A stretch of DNA of 64,000 nucleotides, taken from Desulfobacterales bacterium (GTDB lineage Bacteria > Desulfobacterota > Desulfobacteria > Desulfobacterales > UBA5852). Position numbers and translations under genes: made by a program. The stretch is from contig CAXXVS010000001.1 in the NCBI GenBank assembly GCA_963674755.2, positions 832,001-896,000 of the forward strand. Direction: 5' to 3'. A model generated the notes under the pieces. The model had not been told where the DNA came from and did not search any database. It was given only the letters and a program-made list of their open reading frames with translations. Below, piece after piece: positions 59,290 to 64,000 of the stretch; the first letter of the stretch is position 1, and each line of letters begins with the position of its first letter.

Positions 59290-61023
59290 ATGTACCTTGA
59301 GCATTACGGCCTGAAGGTCAAACCGTTCCAGATCAGTGCGGATCCGCGCTTTCTCTGGCTGGGCAGCAAGCACAAGGAAGCCCTGGCCATTTTGAAATAC
59401 GGTATTTTCGACAACCGGGGGTTTCTCCTGCTTTCCGGTGATGTGGGGACAGGCAAAACCACCCTCATCCACGCCCTTACCCGGGATCTCGGTGATGATA
59501 CGGTGGTGGCCACGGTGCCGGATCCCGGTCTGCAATTGATGGATTTCTACCGCTATATCGCACGATCTTTCCACATCCAAGCGCCTTTCGAAACCAAGGA
59601 ACAGTTTCTGGAGGTGTTCGAAACCTTTCTTCTCCGCAACGAAGCGTTGAAAAAGAAGGTGCTCCTGATCGTCGATGAGGCCCAGCGCCTGACCTCGGAG
59701 CTGTTGGAAGAAATCCGGCTGCTCTCCAACATCGAGAAAGACTACACCAAGCTGCTCAATATCTTCTTTGTGGGCCAGAATGAATTCAACGACATCATCC
59801 TGAAGCAAAAAAACCGCCCCCTGCGCCAGCGCATCACCATCAACTACAATATCAACCCGCTGGAGCAGCACGAGGTGATGGAATATATCAATTTCCGCCT
59901 TGGTGTAGCCGGCTGCAAGGACCCCCTGTTTACCGGCGATGCCGTCAAGGAGGTGTTCGCCTTTTCGGAAGGCTATCCGCGTTTGATCAATATTGTCTGC
60001 GATCATGCCCTCCTGACCGGTTTTGTGCAGGGGGTGGCCCGCATTACCGGGAGTATCGTGAGCGAATGTGCGGAGGAGCTGAATATCCGTTCGATGGCTC
60101 CCGCCCCGGCACCGTTGCCGGAGCCCTTCCCCCAAGCCGTAGCCCCTTCGCCGACGGTTTACCCGGCACCCTCCCAGGAAAGGGCGCCCGCCAGGGGGCT
60201 GTCGTCGACCCAGACCATGCTGGTGGTCATTCTCGGGATCCTTTGTTTTGTGGCGGGGCTGCTGGTGTTTTCCCTGCGCAATCGTGATGCCAGCACCGTT
60301 TCATCCCGCCATATCGGTGAAGCGGCCGCTGTGCCGGGGGAGGGGGCCGGTGAAGGTCCCGCCCCGCTTGCCGTGGTCGAATCCGAAACAAAGGGCGAAT
60401 CCGGTATGCCGGTCCCCCTGCAGGCGTCCTTGCCCCCACCTTCCACCGATCACCAGGCGGGGTCGCAGGCAGACGCCCCGATATCAGCGGGCCCCGCGGA
60501 TGCTTCCCGGGCCAGCCCGCGGGGCGATGCGACCCCTGGCAGCGCAGTGCCAAGCGATGCGAAAACGTTGCCCAATGCCGTCGATGCTGCTCCGGCGGCA
60601 TTTCCGATGGCCCCGCCCGCCCCCCCCGCGCCGGTGGTATCTTTTCAGGACCTGCTGGCCGATCCCGATGCCCTGACCGTCAATTTCAAGGTGGACTCCA
60701 ATGAATTGACTCCGAAGGATATGCAGGGTCTCGATCGCATTGCTGCCCTGATGAAAGCCCGCGACGACATCCGGGCCAAAGTGACCGGCTACACGGATGC
60801 GGTGGGGAATCTGCATTACAACCTGAAAGTTTCCGAATTCCGTGCCAATATCGTCAAGACTTATCTGGTGGGCAAAGGGGTGGCGGGCGGGCGCATCACG
60901 ACGGCGGGGATGGGACCGGCCAACCCGGTCGCCAGCAACGACAGCCTCGAGGGACGGCGCCGCAACCGGCGCGTCGAGATCGAACTGCGGACGGTGCCAA
61001 TGTCGCCATCGTCGAACGGATGA
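59290..61023 (+). CDS. exeA: ExeA-like AAA ATPase with TM and C-terminal OmpA-like peptidoglycan-binding domain
   Basis: MYLEHYGL..PF, GDVGTGKTT, IVDEAQ, GQNE, LRQRI, GYPRLIN; OmpA GYTDAVG..NLKVS..RA..V..YL..NRRVEI. Confidence 0.9.
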   Translation: MYLEHYGLKVKPFQISADPRFLWLGSKHKEALAILKYGIFDNRGFLLLSGDVGTGKTTLIHALTRDLGDDTVVATVPDPGLQLMDFYRYIARSFHIQAPFETKEQFLEVFETFLLRNEALKKKVLLIVDEAQRLTSELLEEIRLLSNIEKDYTKLLNIFFVGQNEFNDIILKQKNRPLRQRITINYNINPLEQHEVMEYINFRLGVAGCKDPLFTGDAVKEVFAFSEGYPRLINIVCDHALLTGFVQGVARITGSIVSECAEELNIRSMAPAPAPLPEPFPQAVAPSPTVYPAPSQERAPARGLSSTQTMLVVILGILCFVAGLLVFSLRNRDASTVSSRHIGEAAAVPGEGAGEGPAPLAVVESETKGESGMPVPLQASLPPPSTDHQAGSQADAPISAGPADASRASPRGDATPGSAVPSDAKTLPNAVDAAPAAFPMAPPAPPAPVVSFQDLLADPDALTVNFKVDSNELTPKDMQGLDRIAALMKARDDIRAKVTGYTDAVGNLHYNLKVSEFRANIVKTYLVGKGVAGGRITTAGMGPANPVASNDSLEGRRRNRRVEIELRTVPMSPSSNG

Positions 61024-61029
61024 CGTCCC

Positions 61030-62937
61030 ATGGGACCTAGAACGAAATTCAAAACGGACTACATGATCCTTTCCGGCCTGCTGGTGGCGACCATCTTCTG
61101 GCTGATCGATTCCGTTTTGCATATTTTCTTTTTCAACGAGTTCGATGTCGTTCTGCAGCTCATCGGCCCCAACCAATACAATATCGCCATCCGGTTGATC
61201 GTCCTGTGCCTTTTCATCCTGTTCGGCTCTCACGCCCAGTTCACCATCAACGCCCGCAAGAAAGCCGAGCAGGAATTGATCGACTATAAGAATTCCCTGG
61301 AAGAAGCGGTTCGCCAAGGAACCTGCAAACTCCAGGAGGTGAACGAACAGATGCGCCTGGAGATCGCCGAGCGCAAACGCATGGAAGCGGCCGTGCGGGA
61401 GTCGGAGGAAAAATACCGGCTGTTGGTGGAAAACGCCAACGAAGCCATTTTCATCCTGCAGGATAACCAGCTCAAATTCACCAACCCCAAAGCCGAAGAA
61501 ATCATCACCCGCCTTTCGCTGGATCCGAAGCAAAAGGATCTCACCCAACTGATCCATGCACCAGAGCGCGAGAAAGTGATCGAGTGGTACCGGCGGCGTT
61601 TAAAGGGCATGGAATTGCCCTATTCCTTCATGTTCCGCCTGGAAGGAGACCGGGCGGTATCCATCTGGGTCGAGCTCAATTCGATTCTGATCAAACTGAA
61701 CGGCAAGACGGCCACGCTCAATTTCATGCGGGACGTGACCCTGCAGAAAAAGCTGGAGGAGCAGTTTTACCAGTCCCAGAAGATGGAATCCATCGGCACC
61801 CTGGCCGGCGGCATCGCCCACGATTTCAACAATCTCCTGATGGGCATTCAAGGGAATATCAGCGTCATGCAGTTGGATGTGGACGCCGCCAATCCATTGC
61901 AGGAAAGTATTCAAAGCATCGTTCGTTGCGTCAAAAGCGGCTCGCAGCTCACCAACCAGCTGCTGGCCTTCGCCCGCGGGGGCAAGTACGTCGTCACCCC
62001 CAGCAACCTGAATACCATCGTTCACAAGACCGTTGAAATATTCGCACGGACCAAAAAGGAAATCGATCTCCATCCCGTGTTCGCCAAAGACATCTGGCCG
62101 GTGGAGGTGGATCCCGGTCAGATCGAGCAGGTCCTCATGAACCTTTATGTCAATGCCTGGCAGGCCATGCCGGATGGCGGCGATCTGTACATCGAGTTGG
62201 AAAATGTCCAGCTTGACGAGCATTATGCCCGCCTCAAACCCTTCCATGTGCGCCCGGGCCGTTTCGTCAAACTTTCGGTGACCGATACCGGCGTGGGGAT
62301 GAGTCCGGAGACCCAGAAACGCATCTTCGAACCCTTTTTTTCCACCAAGGAGAAAGGGATGGGCACCGGGCTCGGTCTGGCTTCGGCCTATGGGATTATC
62401 AAGAATCACAATGGGTTTATCAATTGCTACAGCGAACTCGGTCAGGGCACGACCTTCAATGTCTATTTCCCGGTTTGTGAAACCCCATATTCCTCCGAGG
62501 AAAGTGCCGGGGAGAATGAACTGGTGGAAGGGGTGCCGCGGGGGGACGAAGTCATTTTATTTGTGGATGACGACGAAGAGATCATCAGCGTGGGGCGTAA
62601 AATTCTGGCCAGCCTGGGCTATACGGTTTTCGTGGCCGACGGCGGACAGGCGGCCATCGATCTTTTTCTCGACCAGAGCAAGCCGATCGATCTGGTGATC
62701 CTCGACTATGTCATGCCGGGCATGGGCGGGCGCGAGGTCTTCGATGCCTTGAAGCAGATTCAACCGGATGTCAAAGTGCTGCTCTCCAGCGGGTACAGCA
62801 GTACGGATCAGGTAGCGGCCCTGATCGATAAAGGCTGCCGGGGGTTCATTCAAAAGCCCTACGATACCGTCAAAATGTCCCGTATCATCCGCACCATCCT
62901 GGATGCGGCGCCGACGGAGGATGCCCGGGAGAATTGA
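61030..62937 (+). CDS. Membrane-bound PAS hybrid sensor histidine kinase / receiver
   Basis: 2 TM; PAS; GTLAGGIAHDFNN; NAWQAM, DTGVG, FEPFFSTK, GTGLGL; receiver FVDD..LDYVMP..QKP. Confidence 0.95.
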   Translation: MGPRTKFKTDYMILSGLLVATIFWLIDSVLHIFFFNEFDVVLQLIGPNQYNIAIRLIVLCLFILFGSHAQFTINARKKAEQELIDYKNSLEEAVRQGTCKLQEVNEQMRLEIAERKRMEAAVRESEEKYRLLVENANEAIFILQDNQLKFTNPKAEEIITRLSLDPKQKDLTQLIHAPEREKVIEWYRRRLKGMELPYSFMFRLEGDRAVSIWVELNSILIKLNGKTATLNFMRDVTLQKKLEEQFYQSQKMESIGTLAGGIAHDFNNLLMGIQGNISVMQLDVDAANPLQESIQSIVRCVKSGSQLTNQLLAFARGGKYVVTPSNLNTIVHKTVEIFARTKKEIDLHPVFAKDIWPVEVDPGQIEQVLMNLYVNAWQAMPDGGDLYIELENVQLDEHYARLKPFHVRPGRFVKLSVTDTGVGMSPETQKRIFEPFFSTKEKGMGTGLGLASAYGIIKNHNGFINCYSELGQGTTFNVYFPVCETPYSSEESAGENELVEGVPRGDEVILFVDDDEEIISVGRKILASLGYTVFVADGGQAAIDLFLDQSKPIDLVILDYVMPGMGGREVFDALKQIQPDVKVLLSSGYSSTDQVAALIDKGCRGFIQKPYDTVKMSRIIRTILDAAPTEDAREN

Positions 62938-63103
62938 AAGGGCGGCTTGATTCAATGCAGTTTGACGCCTGAATCCACTGCTATTAGTTCTGATCCAAAC
63001 CTTACACCGCTGGTGGAGGATGCGGAGAGGATCTGCCGATCCAGCGTGCCGTTACATAAGTTGGCTTCTTCATTTTCTTTCGCGTGAAAGAAAACGGAAG
63101 CAA

Positions 63104-63297
63104 TCACGCCTCGGCGTGACAGGCTTCAAACGCCCGTGTTCCGCTTCCCCTGCGCGTCGTCGACACGGCCGGAGCACGCGGAAACTCGCTTCGCTCAGAC
63201 CCGCCTGCGGCAAGCCTTCGGCGGGCAAGCAGTCCGTGCGCTTTTATCCGGCCGCATCGCCGATGCCCGGCGCGGGACAAAGGGAAATTCAAAACCT
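63104..63297. repeat. Intergenic repeat element (family D); partial second copy at ~25303-25362
   Basis: 3' part ttatccggccg..gccgatgcccggcgcgggacaaagggaaattcaaaacc matches ttatcccgtccg..gccgatgcttggcgtgtaacaaagggaatttcaaaacc. Confidence 0.6.
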
Positions 63298-63414
63298 AAA
63301 CCTTCAAAAAAACTGTTTTCAAGCTACCTTTGAGAGGGCTTCCTGAGATTTTCCGTTTGTCGGAAGGAGCCTCAATACTAAAATTGGAAGCACCTTGGGT
63401 CAACTTGAGCCATT

Positions 63415-64000
63415 ATGAGAATTTACGCTGCCGCCGATCTCCACGGCAGACACCGGAATTTCAAGATTGTCAGGGAGGGGCTCAGAGAGAGCCGGGCCGA
63501 TGCCGTCGTGCTAGCCGGCGACCTCTTGAACTATGGCCGCGGACGTCCTTTCCTGCGGATGCTGGAGGGTCTGCCGGTGCCAGTCTTCTTGGTGCGCGGC
63601 AACAGCGATCCATCGTGCCTGGACCGTTGGGCCGCGGCCAGCCGGAATGTGTGCTCTCTGCATCTCAATGCGGTGCCCATCAACGGGCTCGAGTTGGTGG
63701 GGATCAGCGGGACCTTGCCCATCCCCTTTAATTCACGTGCGGGGTGGCGCGAAGCACAAGGCCTGAAGCGGCTGGCCGCCTTGATGCAACCCCGTTCTAT
63801 CCTGGTGGCCCATCCGCCCCCGCACGGGTGCTGTGATCATGTCCTGGGGCGGTTTTCGGCCGGCAGTCGCGGACTGGCCCGTCTGGTGCGTGCAAGCAAG
63901 CCCGCGGTGATGCTTTGCGGTCACATCCATGAATCTGCCGGTGTCGCTTATCTGGGCGATACCCTGGTGGTCAATTGTGCCCTGGGAGGTCATCGCCGCG
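63415..64000 (+). CDS. Metallophosphoesterase (calcineurin-like), truncated by window edge; not in ORF track
   Basis: Manual translation MRIYAAADLHG..VLAGDL..VRGNSD..VAHPPP..LCGHIHE. Confidence 0.9.
   Translation, partial: MRIYAAADLHGRHRNFKIVREGLRESRADAVVLAGDLLNYGRGRPFLRMLEGLPVPVFLVRGNSDPSCLDRWAAASRNVCSLHLNAVPINGLELVGISGTLPIPFNSRAGWREAQGLKRLAALMQPRSILVAHPPPHGCCDHVLGRFSAGSRGLARLVRASKPAVMLCGHIHESAGVAYLGDTLVVNCALGGHRR

Noticed and set aside
60484..61557. 357-aa minus-strand ORF
   Set aside because: Antisense shadow of exeA and the kinase
61030..62937. Calling the hybrid kinase PrsK
   Set aside because: Its architecture (2 TM, PAS, receiver) differs from the multi-TM GAF-containing PrsK
1..64000. 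tRNA, rRNA, integron integrase, reverse transcriptase or four-helix-bundle genes
   Set aside because: None recognised in the sequence or ORF track; any enzyme acting on the repeat elements would have to be encoded elsewhere

Overview
Bacterial window, probably from a sulfate-reducing deltaproteobacterium (Desulfobacterales-like; inferred from gene families and repeat style). It holds a large PEP-CTERM/exosortase-linked exopolysaccharide locus joined to a type II secretion (T2SS) operon. From left to right: (1) the left end of an IS21 element. (2) A visibly AT-rich variable glycan cassette, ~0.4-20.7 kb: WxcM/FdtB amino-sugar genes, Wzx, Wzy-like, GT2s, acyltransferases, SGNH proteins, AsnB, PssD/E, a beta-helix+discoidin protein, one PEP-CTERM protein, and IS66/ISL3 scars. 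(3) A GC-rich core: EpsI, exosortase, priming sugar transferase, an AsnB-NadE-ACP-acyl ligase cassette, beta-CASP nuclease, MntA/HepT toxin-antitoxin pair, OM barrel, Wza, Tyr kinase and chain-length protein. (4) A stand-alone receiver plus a receiver-less sigma54 activator. (5) A T2SS operon (GspF, GspE, PilM/N/O, TPR-secretin-SPOR, three pseudopilins), a GAF-sigma54 activator, CAAX protease, PrsT-like TPR lipoprotein, a membrane protein with an apparent RelE-fold tail, ExeA-OmpA, a hybrid kinase and a partial metallophosphoesterase. The most unusual signals are: a family of hairpin elements with a conserved core but copy-specific self-complementary arms; a five-copy 174-bp in-frame array of that element fused to a pseudopilin leader; nested inverted micro-repeat hairpins in the intergenic gaps; and the membrane-anchored RelE-like protein. 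All family calls come from motif recognition by eye; no searches were run.
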